Positions 33,981 to 43,627 of a stretch of DNA of 64,000 bases are shown here, piece by piece. The first letter of the stretch is position 1. Each line of letters starts with the position of its first letter. This DNA comes from an uncultured Candidatus Rokubacteria bacterium (GTDB lineage Bacteria > Methylomirabilota > Methylomirabilia > Rokubacteriales > DASRDR01), in assembly GCA_963826115.1 (NCBI GenBank), contig CAWGVS010000010.1:512001-576000 (forward strand). Reading direction: 5' to 3'. Below the pieces are notes generated by a model. The model made no database searches. It had not been told where the DNA came from and saw nothing but the letters and a program-made list of their open reading frames with translations. The position numbers were made by a program, and so were the translations under genes.

Positions 33981-34976
33981 ATGCACTCTGACCTCGCGAT
34001 GACCCGCCGCTCGGCCCTCAAGGCCGGGGCCGCCCTCGCCGCCGCGTACGCCCTGCCGGCCTGGGCGCAGGCCAAGCCCACCCTCCGCTTCGCGGCGGTG
34101 TTCTCGGACAAGGACATCCGCGCCGGCATGATCGAGAGGCTGGTGAAGGACGTCGAGGGCGACTTCAAGATCGAGCCCTTCTACAACGGCTCGCTGTTCA
34201 AGCAGGGGACGGAGCTGGTCGCTCTCCAGCGCAACAACCTGGAGCTCGGCAACATCGCGCCGCAGGACATCTCCAACCAGCTCCCGGCGTGGTCGATCCT
34301 GACCTCGGCCTACCTCTTCCGGGACGCCGACCACCTGAACGCCTTCTTCGCGAGCGACATCGGCGCGCAGATGAAGAAGATGGTCGAGGACGAGCTCAAG
34401 GTGAGGATCCTGGGACCGACCTTCTTCGGCACCCGGCAAGTCGGGCTCAAGCCGAAGAAGAAGATCACGACGCCGGCGGACATGGCCGGCATCAAGCTCC
34501 GCATGCCCGGTGGCGACGCCTGGCAGTTCCTCGGCCGGTCGCTCGGCGCGAACCCCACGCCCATGGCCTACGCCGAGGTCTACACGGGGCTCCAGAGCGG
34601 CGCGATCGACGGCCAGGACAACCCGCTGCCGAACGTCCAGAACATGAAGTTCTACGAGGTGATGTCGCAGATCGTGCTGACCTCGCACCTGGTCGGCTTC
34701 GACCTGCTGACGATCAACCTGAAGACCTGGCAGGGCATGTCGCCCGCCCAGCAGAAGTCCTTCCAGGCCGCGGCCGACAAGGCGATCGCCTGGAGCGCGA
34801 GCGAGCACCTGAAGCGCGAGGCGGAGCTCGCCGACTTCCTCAAGAAGCAGGGCCTCGAGATCTACACCCCCGACGTCAAGGCATTCCGCGAGTACGCCCA
34901 GAAGATGTACATGGGCTCGGACCAGGCGAAGACCTGGCCGGCCGGCATGCTCGACAAGATCAACGCGCTGAAGTAG
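33981..34976 (+). CDS. dctP: TRAP transporter substrate-binding protein
   Basis: Tat-like TRRSALK signal; GIKLRMP, GANPTPMAYAEVYTGLQSGAIDGQDNP; GAGGAGG RBS. Confidence 0.93.
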   Translation: MHSDLAMTRRSALKAGAALAAAYALPAWAQAKPTLRFAAVFSDKDIRAGMIERLVKDVEGDFKIEPFYNGSLFKQGTELVALQRNNLELGNIAPQDISNQLPAWSILTSAYLFRDADHLNAFFASDIGAQMKKMVEDELKVRILGPTFFGTRQVGLKPKKKITTPADMAGIKLRMPGGDAWQFLGRSLGANPTPMAYAEVYTGLQSGAIDGQDNPLPNVQNMKFYEVMSQIVLTSHLVGFDLLTINLKTWQGMSPAQQKSFQAAADKAIAWSASEHLKREAELADFLKKQGLEIYTPDVKAFREYAQKMYMGSDQAKTWPAGMLDKINALK

Positions 34977-35052
34977 GTCCGCGCGCCTGCCGCCGGCCCT
35001 CCGGGCGGCGGCAGGCGTACCCACTCCGCGGTCCCCGGGAGCGACGACTCTC

Positions 35053-35574
35053 GTGACGCATCCATCGATGAAGCGGGCCGGCGGCTGGCTGCGGCGCCGG
35101 GCCGAGAACGTCCTGGCCGCCATGCTCGCGGTCATGTTCGTGGCCTTCATCGTCCAGATCGTGTTCCGGTATCTCCTGAACTTCCCGATCGGCTGGTCGT
35201 CCGAGCTGACGGTCATCACCTGGCTCTGGGGCGTGCTCTGGGGCGCGGCCTTCGTCCTGAAGGAGAGCGAGGAGATCCGCTTCGACATCGTCCACGGCGC
35301 GGTCGGCCCCCGCGCCCGCCGCGCGATGGGCGTGGTCACCGGGATCGCGATCCTGGCGCTGTACGTCCTGTCGTTGAAGCCGAGCTTCGAGTACGTGCGG
35401 TTCATGAAGGTCGAGAAGACGGCCTACCTCAAGATTCGCTTCGACTACCTGTACTCCATCTACCTCCTCTTCGCCGTCGCGGTGATCGTCCGGTACGCGT
35501 GGATCCTCTGGGGCTTGCTGCGCGGCAATCAGCCGGCCGCGCCGCCGTCGGACGGCGTGAGCTCCGGCCTGTGA
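35053..35574 (+). CDS. dctQ: TRAP transporter small permease
   Basis: QIVFRY, WSSEL, EIRFD; 4 TM segments. Confidence 0.9.
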   Translation: MTHPSMKRAGGWLRRRAENVLAAMLAVMFVAFIVQIVFRYLLNFPIGWSSELTVITWLWGVLWGAAFVLKESEEIRFDIVHGAVGPRARRAMGVVTGIAILALYVLSLKPSFEYVRFMKVEKTAYLKIRFDYLYSIYLLFAVAVIVRYAWILWGLLRGNQPAAPPSDGVSSGL

Positions 35575-36872
35575 GCCCGGCCAGCCCGTTCTCCCTGTGC
35601 CTGATGGCGATCGTGGCCTTGAGCCTGCTCGGGCTGCCGATCGGGCACGCGATGATCGGCGCCTCGGTGCTGTACCTCTACCTGGCCGGCCTCGACGTGG
35701 GCACCGCCGCCGAGCAGCTGCTGAACGGCATGTACCGGAGCGACGTGCTTCTGGCGATCCCGCTGTTCATCCTGGCCGCCGAGTTCATGAACATCGGGAG
35801 CATCACCGAGCGGCTCCTCCGATTCTGCGACGCGCTGGTGGGCCGCTTCCGGGGCGGACTCGCCCACGTCAACGTCGTGCAGAGCATCATCTTCGCCGGC
35901 ATGTCGGGCTCGGCCCTCGCGGACGCCGCGGCCTCCGGGAAGCTGATGCAGCGGATGATGACGCAGGACGGGAAGTACCCGGCGAGCTTCGCCGCCGCCC
36001 TGACGGCGGCGTCGTCGGTCATCGGCCCCATCATCCCGCCGTCGATCCCGATGGTGATCTACGCGCTGGTGTCCGACACCTCCGTCGGCTACCTCTTCCT
36101 CGGCGGCGTCGTCCCCGGCCTGCTCCTGGGCCTCTCGCAGATGGGACTGGTCGCGGTCACCGCCCGGAGGCGGAACTTTCCGGTCGAGGCGCCGGTCCCG
36201 CTCCGTGCGCTGCCCGGGATCACGTGGCGGTCCTTGCCCGCGCTGATGATGCCCGTCGTGCTGCTGGGCGGGATCTACAGCGGGGTGACCACGCCCACGG
36301 AGGCCGCGGCGGTCGCCGCCGCGTACGCCCTGCTCGTGTCGGCCGCGCTCGACCGCAGCATCGGCTGGCGTGACCTGTACCTCGCGGTGCTGAACAGCGC
36401 GCGGATGACCGCGTCGATCGGCATCCTGATCGCCGCCGCCCTCGTCTTCAACTACGTCGTCACGGTGGAGAACGTCCCCAAGGCGCTCGCCGCGATGCTG
36501 CAGGGCGTCCAGTTCTCGCCGCTGATGTTCCTGCTGGCGGTCAACGTCATCCTGCTGGTTCTCGGCTGCTTTCTGGAGGGCACGACGATCATCCTGATCA
36601 TCGTGCCGGTCCTGCTCCCCACCGCCCGGGCGCTGGGGATCGACCCCGTGCACCTCGGGGTCGTCGCGGTGGTGAACATCATGCTCGGCCTGATCACGCC
36701 GCCCTACGGCCTCCTGCTCTTCCTCATGGTGAAGATCGCCGAGGTGCCGCTGAAGAACCTGGTGCGCGACGTCCTGCCGTTTCTCGGCGCCATGGCCATG
36801 GTGCTCCTGCTGATCACCGTCTTCCCGGATCTTGTACTCTATTTGCCCCGGCTCCTGGGCTACACGGGCTGA
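35571..36872 (+). CDS. dctM: TRAP transporter large permease
   Basis: LAIPLFILA, GMSGSALAD, IIPPSIPM, TPTEAA, ITPPYG; GTGA overlap with dctQ. Confidence 0.93.
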   Translation: MSPASPFSLCLMAIVALSLLGLPIGHAMIGASVLYLYLAGLDVGTAAEQLLNGMYRSDVLLAIPLFILAAEFMNIGSITERLLRFCDALVGRFRGGLAHVNVVQSIIFAGMSGSALADAAASGKLMQRMMTQDGKYPASFAAALTAASSVIGPIIPPSIPMVIYALVSDTSVGYLFLGGVVPGLLLGLSQMGLVAVTARRRNFPVEAPVPLRALPGITWRSLPALMMPVVLLGGIYSGVTTPTEAAAVAAAYALLVSAALDRSIGWRDLYLAVLNSARMTASIGILIAAALVFNYVVTVENVPKALAAMLQGVQFSPLMFLLAVNVILLVLGCFLEGTTIILIIVPVLLPTARALGIDPVHLGVVAVVNIMLGLITPPYGLLLFLMVKIAEVPLKNLVRDVLPFLGAMAMVLLLITVFPDLVLYLPRLLGYTG

Positions 36873-36895
36873 GCGGGCCGGGAGAAGGGACGGCG

Positions 36896-37330
36896 ATGAC
36901 CAAGCCGATCTACGTCCTCAACGGACCGAACCTGAACCGGCTCGGGAAGCGGGAGCCGGAGATCTACGGCACGACGACGCTCGCCGAGATCGAGGCGATG
37001 TGCCGGAAGGCGGCGGGCGACCGCCCGATCGAGTTCCGGCAGTCGAACGCCGAGCACGAGATCGTCGACTGGATCCACGAGGCGATCGACCGGGGGGCCG
37101 GGATCGTCATCAATCCCGCGGGCCTCACGTTCCGGTCGATCCCGATCCTCGACGCGCTGAAGATGTTTCCGGGGCCGATCTTCGAGCTGCACATCTCGAA
37201 CATCCACCGGCGCGAGGAGATCTACCAGCACTCGCTGATGTCTCGCGCGGTGACCGCGGTCCTCATGGGGCTGGGCGCGGACGGCTATCCCACGGCGGTG
37301 GCCGCCATGGTCCGGCTCCTCGGGAAGTAG
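36896..37330 (+). CDS. aroQ: Type II 3-dehydroquinate dehydratase
   Basis: NGPNLNRLGKREPEIYG, QSNAE, INPAGLT, ELHISNIHRRE. Confidence 0.95.
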   Translation: MTKPIYVLNGPNLNRLGKREPEIYGTTTLAEIEAMCRKAAGDRPIEFRQSNAEHEIVDWIHEAIDRGAGIVINPAGLTFRSIPILDALKMFPGPIFELHISNIHRREEIYQHSLMSRAVTAVLMGLGADGYPTAVAAMVRLLGK

Positions 37331-37477
37331 GGACGCGGTCGCACGGCCGGTGGGGCGTGCCGGATCGTGGCATCGCCGCCGGGGATTGCGTCGCGGCCGG
37401 TGGGGTACCATCGGGGCGGCCGAGGGAAGCCGGGACGCGGAGACGATTCGGAGCGCGCGGCGCGAGGACCGGGAGAG

Positions 37478-38131
37478 ATGAGAGCCAAGGATCGGCAAGG
37501 CCTGCCTCCGGCGCCCCGGCGGCGGAACGCCGAGCGCACGCGGGCCGAGATCCTCGCGGCGGCGATCCGGGAGTTCTCCGAGCGCGGCCTGAACGGCGCC
37601 CGCGTCGACAGCATCGCCGCCCGTACCCGCACCAACAAGCGGATGATCTACTACTACTTCAAGAGCAAGCGGCAGCTCTTCATCGCCGTGCTCGAGGACG
37701 CGTACCGGCGGATCCGCGATGCGGAGCGCGCCCTTCGCCTCGACGACCTGCCGCCGCTCATGGCCATGCGGCTCCTGGTCGAGTTCACGTGCGACTACCA
37801 CTGGAAGAACCCGGAGTTCGCCAAGCTGGTGGCGATCGAGAACGTCCAGAAGGGGCGAAACATCGCCCGCGCGGGGTCGATCATCGGGCTCAACACCTCG
37901 ATCGTCGACGCGACGGCGAAGGTCCTCCGGCGGGGCGCGGACGAGGGGGTGTTCCGCGAGGGCATCGACTCGGTGGAGCTCCACATGACCATCAGCGCGC
38001 TGCCGCTGTTCCACATCACCAACCGCTACACGTTCGGCACGATCTTCCGCCACGACATGTCGTCGCCGGAGGCACTGGCCGCGCGCCGGCGGGAGATCGT
38101 GGACATCGTCCTCAGATACGTGAGTGCCTGA
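37478..38131 (+). CDS. TetR-family transcriptional regulator
   Basis: ILAAAIREFSERG..GARVDSIA......KRMIYYYFKSK HTH. Confidence 0.93.
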   Translation: MRAKDRQGLPPAPRRRNAERTRAEILAAAIREFSERGLNGARVDSIAARTRTNKRMIYYYFKSKRQLFIAVLEDAYRRIRDAERALRLDDLPPLMAMRLLVEFTCDYHWKNPEFAKLVAIENVQKGRNIARAGSIIGLNTSIVDATAKVLRRGADEGVFREGIDSVELHMTISALPLFHITNRYTFGTIFRHDMSSPEALAARRREIVDIVLRYVSA

Positions 38132-38135
38132 CGCC

Positions 38136-39443
38136 ATGCCCCCGCCCGGCGCGGGCGAGGCCGTCGCCGTGACCCGCGTCGGTGAGGCGGGCCAGCGCGG
38201 CGCGCGCGCGCGCTCGGACTGCTGGGTGCGCGTGGAGATCCGCGACGGGGGCGGGCTCGACCTCGCCGTCCGCTCGAAGGTCGAGGCGATGTACGGCGAG
38301 GCCGTCCGGCGGACGTGCCGCCGGGTGCTGGACGCCCTCGCGGTGCGGCACGCCGCGGTGACGGTCGAGGACCAGGGCGCCCTCGACTACGTGCTGGCGG
38401 CGCGCGTCGAGGCCGCCGTCCGGCGCGCCGGCGCGGGCGGTGGCGCCACGTTCCTGCCCGACCCGGGACCGGGCTGGGAGGCGCGGACCGCGCGCGAGCG
38501 CCTCCGGCGCTCCCGCCTCTACCTCCCGGGCGGGGAGCCGCGGCACTTCGTGAACGCGCGGCTCCACCAGCCGGACGCGATCATCCTCGACCTGGAAGAC
38601 GCGGTGGCGCCGAGCGAGAAGGACGCGGCGCGCATCCTGGTCCGGAACGCCCTCCGGGCCGTCGATTTCCGGCCGTGCGAGCGGATGGTCCGCATCAACC
38701 AGGGCGACCTCGGCCTCCAGGACGTGGACGCCGTGGCGCGCTTCAACGTCCACGCGATCCTGATTCCCAAGGCGGAGTCGGCCGAGCAGGTGAGGGCGGT
38801 GGACGCGCGGGCCGAGGCCGCGCGCCGGGCGGCCGGGCTCCCGGAGCCGTGCTTCCTCGTGCCCATCGTCGAGACGGCCCTCGGCTGCTTCAACGCGCTC
38901 GCGATCGCCTCCGCGAGCCCGAACGTGGTCGCGCTCACCATCGGCCTGGAGGACTACACGGCCGACCTGGGCGTCGAGCGGACGGCCGAGGGCCGCGAGT
39001 CGCTCTGGGCCCGTCAGACCGTGGTCAACGCCGCGCGGGCCGCGGGGGTGGCGCCGAGCGACTCGGTGTTCTCCGACGTCGCCGACCTGGACGGCCTCCG
39101 GGCGGCGGTCCTCGAGGCGAAGGCGCTCGGGTTCGAGGGGAAGGGGTGCATCCACCCACGGCAGATCCCGGTCGTCCACGCGGCCTTCGCGCCGACGCCG
39201 GACGAGATCGCGCGAGCCCAGCGGATCGTGCTCGCCTTCGAGGACGCGACCGCGCGCGGGATCGGCGTGGTCGCGGTGGGCTCCAGGATGGTGGATCCGC
39301 CCGTCGTGAAGCGGGCGCTCCGCACGCTCCGGACGTCGGAGGAGCTCGCGCTCGTTCCGCCGGACTGGCGCGAGACCGCGCGAGTCGCGGGCGCGGCCGA
39401 CGGCTCGCGGACGGAGCCGGCGGAGCGGGGCGGCGCGGAATGA
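38136..39443 (+). CDS. citE: Fused citrate lyase ACP (CitD-like) and citryl-CoA lyase (CitE-like)
   Basis: N-terminal RSDC...SKVEAMYG...DQGALDYVLAARV (CitD); RRSRLYLPG, DLEDAVAP.EK, IPKAE, IVETA, GKGCIHPRQI (CitE). Confidence 0.88.
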   Translation: MPPPGAGEAVAVTRVGEAGQRGARARSDCWVRVEIRDGGGLDLAVRSKVEAMYGEAVRRTCRRVLDALAVRHAAVTVEDQGALDYVLAARVEAAVRRAGAGGGATFLPDPGPGWEARTARERLRRSRLYLPGGEPRHFVNARLHQPDAIILDLEDAVAPSEKDAARILVRNALRAVDFRPCERMVRINQGDLGLQDVDAVARFNVHAILIPKAESAEQVRAVDARAEAARRAAGLPEPCFLVPIVETALGCFNALAIASASPNVVALTIGLEDYTADLGVERTAEGRESLWARQTVVNAARAAGVAPSDSVFSDVADLDGLRAAVLEAKALGFEGKGCIHPRQIPVVHAAFAPTPDEIARAQRIVLAFEDATARGIGVVAVGSRMVDPPVVKRALRTLRTSEELALVPPDWRETARVAGAADGSRTEPAERGGAE

Positions 39444-40996
39444 CTCGCGTGAGCCCGAACGTCCTCGGGCGCCTGGTCCCCGACGTCGTGAACGGCCGGC
39501 GACAGGTGCCGTTCCAGGGCGTGCACGGGTACCGGGCCGACGGGCGCCGCGCGGCGCCCCCGATCCGGAGCGCGGCCGACTACCCGCCGAGCGGCGACAA
39601 GCGCATCGGCTCGCTCGTCGAGGCGCTCGAGGCGTGCGGGCTCCGGGACGGCATGACCCTCTCCACCCATCATCACTTCCGGAACGGCGACCTCGTGGGC
39701 AACATGCTCTTCGACGCGTGCGCGAAGCTCGGGCGCCGGGACCTCACGTGGTTCCCCTCGGCGTCCTTTCCCTGCCACGCGCCGATCATGGGCCACATGG
39801 ACGCCGGCGTGGTGCACCACGTCGAGGGCTCGCTGAACGGGCCGCTCGGGGACTACTGCACGGGCGGCCGCATGCGCGGGCTCGGCGTCCTCCGGTCCCA
39901 CGGCGGCCGCTGGCAGGCGATCCAGGACGGCGAGGTCCACGTCGACGTCGCCGTCATCGCGGCGCCGTGCGCCGACCCGTTCGGGAACGCGAACGGGGTC
40001 CATGGCCCGGCGGCCTGCGGGTCCCTCTACTTCGCGCTGGCCGACTCGCTCTACGCCGACCGCGTCATCGTCGTCACCGACCACCTCGTCCCGTTTCCCG
40101 CGGTCCCCTGGCAGATCCAGGGCAACAACGTGGACCACGTGGTGTGCGTGGAGCGGATCGGCGATCCGGCCCGGATCGTCTCGGGGACGACCGAGATCAC
40201 CCGGAGCCCCGACCGCCTCCTCGTGGCCGAGTGGACGGCCCGATTCGTGCGGGACGCGGGGCTCATGCGGGACGGGTTCTCCTTCCAGGCCGGCGCCGGC
40301 GGGATCACGCTCGCCTTCGCGCTCTACCTGAAGGAGATGATGAAGCAGGCGGGCGTGCGCGCCCGGTTCGTCCGCGGCGGCTCGACGAAGTACCTGGTCG
40401 AGATGCTGCAGGAAGGCCTGACCGACTACCTCCTGGACGGCCAGACGTTCGACCTGGACGGGGTGGCCTCCATGCGGGACGACCCGCGCCACCAGGCGAC
40501 CAGCCCGTTCACGTCGTACAACTACCACGGCAAGGGGTTCTTCGGGACGTTCGTGGACGTCGCCGTCCTGGGCGCCACCGAGGTGGACGTGAACTTCAAC
40601 GCCAACGTGGTGACCCATTCCGACGGCCGGCTGCTCCACGGGATCGGCGGGTGGCAGAATTGCCTCTTCGCGAAGTGTGCGATCCTGGCCGTGCCCGCGA
40701 TGCGGGATCGCATCCCGGTGATCGTGGACGAGGTCACGACGCTGGCGGGGCCGGGGGAGCTCGTCGACGTGGTGGTCACCGAGCGGGGGATCGCCATCAA
40801 TCCCCGCCGGGCCGACCTGCTGGACGCGGTGAAGGGGACGGGCCTCCCCGTCCGGGACATCCGCGACATCCAGCGGGACGTGGAGCAGATCTGCGGCGGC
40901 AAGCCCACGCCGCCCCGGCGGAGCGACCAGGTCGTCGCCGCGGTGAAGTGGGTCGACGGAACGGTGCTCGACTCCGTCTGGAAGGTCGAGCCGTAG
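39440..40996 (+). CDS. citF: Citrate lyase alpha subunit / citrate CoA-transferase
   Basis: GLRDGMTLSTHHHFRNGD, RSHGGR, FQAGAGG, LGATEVDVNFNANV, DVVVTERGIAINP; ATGA overlap. Confidence 0.92.
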   Translation: MTRVSPNVLGRLVPDVVNGRRQVPFQGVHGYRADGRRAAPPIRSAADYPPSGDKRIGSLVEALEACGLRDGMTLSTHHHFRNGDLVGNMLFDACAKLGRRDLTWFPSASFPCHAPIMGHMDAGVVHHVEGSLNGPLGDYCTGGRMRGLGVLRSHGGRWQAIQDGEVHVDVAVIAAPCADPFGNANGVHGPAACGSLYFALADSLYADRVIVVTDHLVPFPAVPWQIQGNNVDHVVCVERIGDPARIVSGTTEITRSPDRLLVAEWTARFVRDAGLMRDGFSFQAGAGGITLAFALYLKEMMKQAGVRARFVRGGSTKYLVEMLQEGLTDYLLDGQTFDLDGVASMRDDPRHQATSPFTSYNYHGKGFFGTFVDVAVLGATEVDVNFNANVVTHSDGRLLHGIGGWQNCLFAKCAILAVPAMRDRIPVIVDEVTTLAGPGELVDVVVTERGIAINPRRADLLDAVKGTGLPVRDIRDIQRDVEQICGGKPTPPRRSDQVVAAVKWVDGTVLDSVWKVEP

Positions 40997-41220
40997 GGCG
41001 GAAGACGCCGCCGATGACGGCTAGTCTGCGGATGTTCATGGTACCGTGACACGCGGACGGCCGCGATTACTTCAACGAGTCTCGGCCTACCCATAAGCCC
41101 GGCAACTTCGGCCTCGATCGGGTGATGCAAGTGCTCCGGAGCGTCGCGCCGAGCGGAAGCCAGTAGGCGTTGGGGATATCACCGGCGATCGTGCCGTTCA
41201 GGGAGAAGGGGCGACCATCC

Positions 41221-43566
41221 ATGAAGCGAGTCGCAATTCTGGCTAGTCTTGGCCTCGCGCTGACCGTCGCCGCCGCCACGGCGTCGGCCCAGGCGAAGCT
41301 CGATCGCGCGGTCCTGCCGATCGCGGAGCCCAAGCCCCCGACCTACACCGAGCTCGACGCGCGGAAGGCCAAGCCGCCGGCGCGGTTCGAGGTCAAGGCG
41401 CCCAAGGGTGCCCCCAACGTCGTCATCGTGCTCATCGACGACATCGGCTTCGGCGGGCCCAGCACGTTCGGTGGTCCGATCCGCACGCCGACGATGGACC
41501 AGCTGGCTCAGGGTGGCCTGCGGTTCAACAACTTCCACACCACGGCGCTCTGCTCGCCGACGCGCAACGCGCTCAAGACCGGGCGGAACCACCACACCGT
41601 CAATACCGGCTCGATCATGGAGAGCTCGACGGCGTTCCCCGGCAACACCGGGCAGAACCCGAACAGCGTGGCGCCCCTGGCGGAGATGCTGCGACTGAAC
41701 GGCTACAGCACCGGCGCCTTCGGCAAGTGGCACGAGACCGCGCCATGGGAGACCAGCGTATCGGGCCCCTTCGACCGCTGGCCCACACACCAGGGGTTCG
41801 ACAAGTTCTACGGATTCATCGGCGGCGAGACGGATCAGTGGTATCCGCTCATCTACGACGGCCTGATCAAGGTCGATCCGCCCCCGATGAAGGACTACCA
41901 CTTCACCGTCGACATGACCAACCAGGCCATCAACTGGGTGAAGGCCCAGCAGTCGATGACGCCGGACAAGCCGTTCTTCGTCTACTACGCGACCGGCGCC
42001 GTCCATGCGCCGCACCACGTGCCGAAGGCGTGGGCGGACAAGTACAAGGGCCAGTTCGACCGGGGCTGGGACCAGGTCCGGAACGAGACGCTCGCCCGCC
42101 AGAAGCAGCTGGGGGTGATCCCGGCGAGCACCCGGCTGGGGGACCGGCCGAAGGACATCGTGGCGTGGGACTCGCTGCCGGCGGAGCAGCGACGTCTCTT
42201 CGCCCGCCAGGCCGAGGTCTTCGCCGGCTTCCTCGAGCACACCGATGACCAGATCGGCCGCTTCAAGAAGGCGCTCGAGGACATCGGCGTGATGGACAAC
42301 ACCCTGTTCATCTACATCGCCGGCGACAACGGCACCAGCGCCGAGGGCGGCTTCGTCGGCATGTACAACGAGATGACGTACTTCAACGGCGTGGCCGAGA
42401 AGGTGGAAGACCTCATTCCGCTGATCGACCAGTGGGGTGGCCCGACGACCTTCCCGCACATGTCCGCCGGCTGGGCGGTGGCGTTCGACGCGCCCTTCAC
42501 CTGGACCAAGCAGGTGGCATCCGACTTCGGCGGCACCCGCAATGGCACGGTCGTCCACTGGCCGAAGGGCATCAAGGAGAAAGGCGGCCTGCGGAGCCAG
42601 TTCTCGCACGTCATCGACGTCGCCCCCACGATCCTGGAGGCGGCGGGCTTGCCGCAGCCCAAGAGCGTCAACGGCACCGTGCAGACGCCGATCGAGGGCA
42701 CGAGCATGCTCTACGCCTTCAACAACGCGAAGGCGCCAGATCGGCACAAGACGCAGTACTTCGAGATGTTCGGGAACCGCGCGATCTATCACGACGGCTG
42801 GCTCGCCCGGACGATCCACCGCGCGCCCTGGCAAACGAGCAACCTGCCGCCGCTCACCACGGACGTCTGGGATCTCTACGACGTCCGGAGCGATTTCAGT
42901 CTCACCAAGAACCTGGCGGCCCAGCAGCCCGCGAAGCTGAAGGAGCTGCAGGCCCTGTTCATGAAGGAAGCCGAGAAGTACCACGTGCTGCCCATCGACG
43001 ACCGCACCATCGAGCGCATGAACCCGGCGCTCGCGGGCCGCCCGGATGTCATGGGCAATCGCACGTCCCTCACGCTCTACGAGGGGATGCAGGGGATGCT
43101 GGAGAACACCTTCATGAACATCAAGAATCGGTCGAGCAAGATCACGGCCGAGCTCGACATCCCGGCCGGCGGTGCCAGCGGCGCGATTTTGTCGCAGGGC
43201 GGCCGCTTCGGTGGCTGGTCGCTGTACATGAAGGATGGCAAGCCGGCGTACGTGTACAACTTCCTCGGGTTGGAGCGCTACACCGTGGCCGCTCCGGAAT
43301 CGCTGCCAGCGGGCCCGGCGACGGTCACCCTCGACTTTGCCTATGACGGTGGCGGCATGGGCAAGGGTGGCAAAGCGACCCTCTCCGTGAATGGAAAGCC
43401 CGTCGCCGAGGGACGGGTCGAGAAGACTCAGCCCAACGTCTTTTCGGCGGACGAGACGGCGGACGTCGGCATCGACAACCAGACACCCGTCGCCGAGGGC
43501 ATCGGCATCGGTCCCGAGACGCGGTTCACAGGCAAGATCAACAGGATCACCCTCGAGGTGAAGTAG
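41221..43566 (+). CDS. Secreted arylsulfatase (formylglycine-dependent) with C-terminal LamG-like domain
   Basis: Signal peptide; PNVVIVLIDD, LCSPTR, GKWHE, HAPHH, GDNG. Confidence 0.95.
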   Translation: MKRVAILASLGLALTVAAATASAQAKLDRAVLPIAEPKPPTYTELDARKAKPPARFEVKAPKGAPNVVIVLIDDIGFGGPSTFGGPIRTPTMDQLAQGGLRFNNFHTTALCSPTRNALKTGRNHHTVNTGSIMESSTAFPGNTGQNPNSVAPLAEMLRLNGYSTGAFGKWHETAPWETSVSGPFDRWPTHQGFDKFYGFIGGETDQWYPLIYDGLIKVDPPPMKDYHFTVDMTNQAINWVKAQQSMTPDKPFFVYYATGAVHAPHHVPKAWADKYKGQFDRGWDQVRNETLARQKQLGVIPASTRLGDRPKDIVAWDSLPAEQRRLFARQAEVFAGFLEHTDDQIGRFKKALEDIGVMDNTLFIYIAGDNGTSAEGGFVGMYNEMTYFNGVAEKVEDLIPLIDQWGGPTTFPHMSAGWAVAFDAPFTWTKQVASDFGGTRNGTVVHWPKGIKEKGGLRSQFSHVIDVAPTILEAAGLPQPKSVNGTVQTPIEGTSMLYAFNNAKAPDRHKTQYFEMFGNRAIYHDGWLARTIHRAPWQTSNLPPLTTDVWDLYDVRSDFSLTKNLAAQQPAKLKELQALFMKEAEKYHVLPIDDRTIERMNPALAGRPDVMGNRTSLTLYEGMQGMLENTFMNIKNRSSKITAELDIPAGGASGAILSQGGRFGGWSLYMKDGKPAYVYNFLGLERYTVAAPESLPAGPATVTLDFAYDGGGMGKGGKATLSVNGKPVAEGRVEKTQPNVFSADETADVGIDNQTPVAEGIGIGPETRFTGKINRITLEVK

Positions 43567-43627
43567 GGCGACAGGGCGCTCCCGGCGCGAGCCGGGCGAC
43601 GGGTGGCCGGGGCGGAAGGAGCCACGG

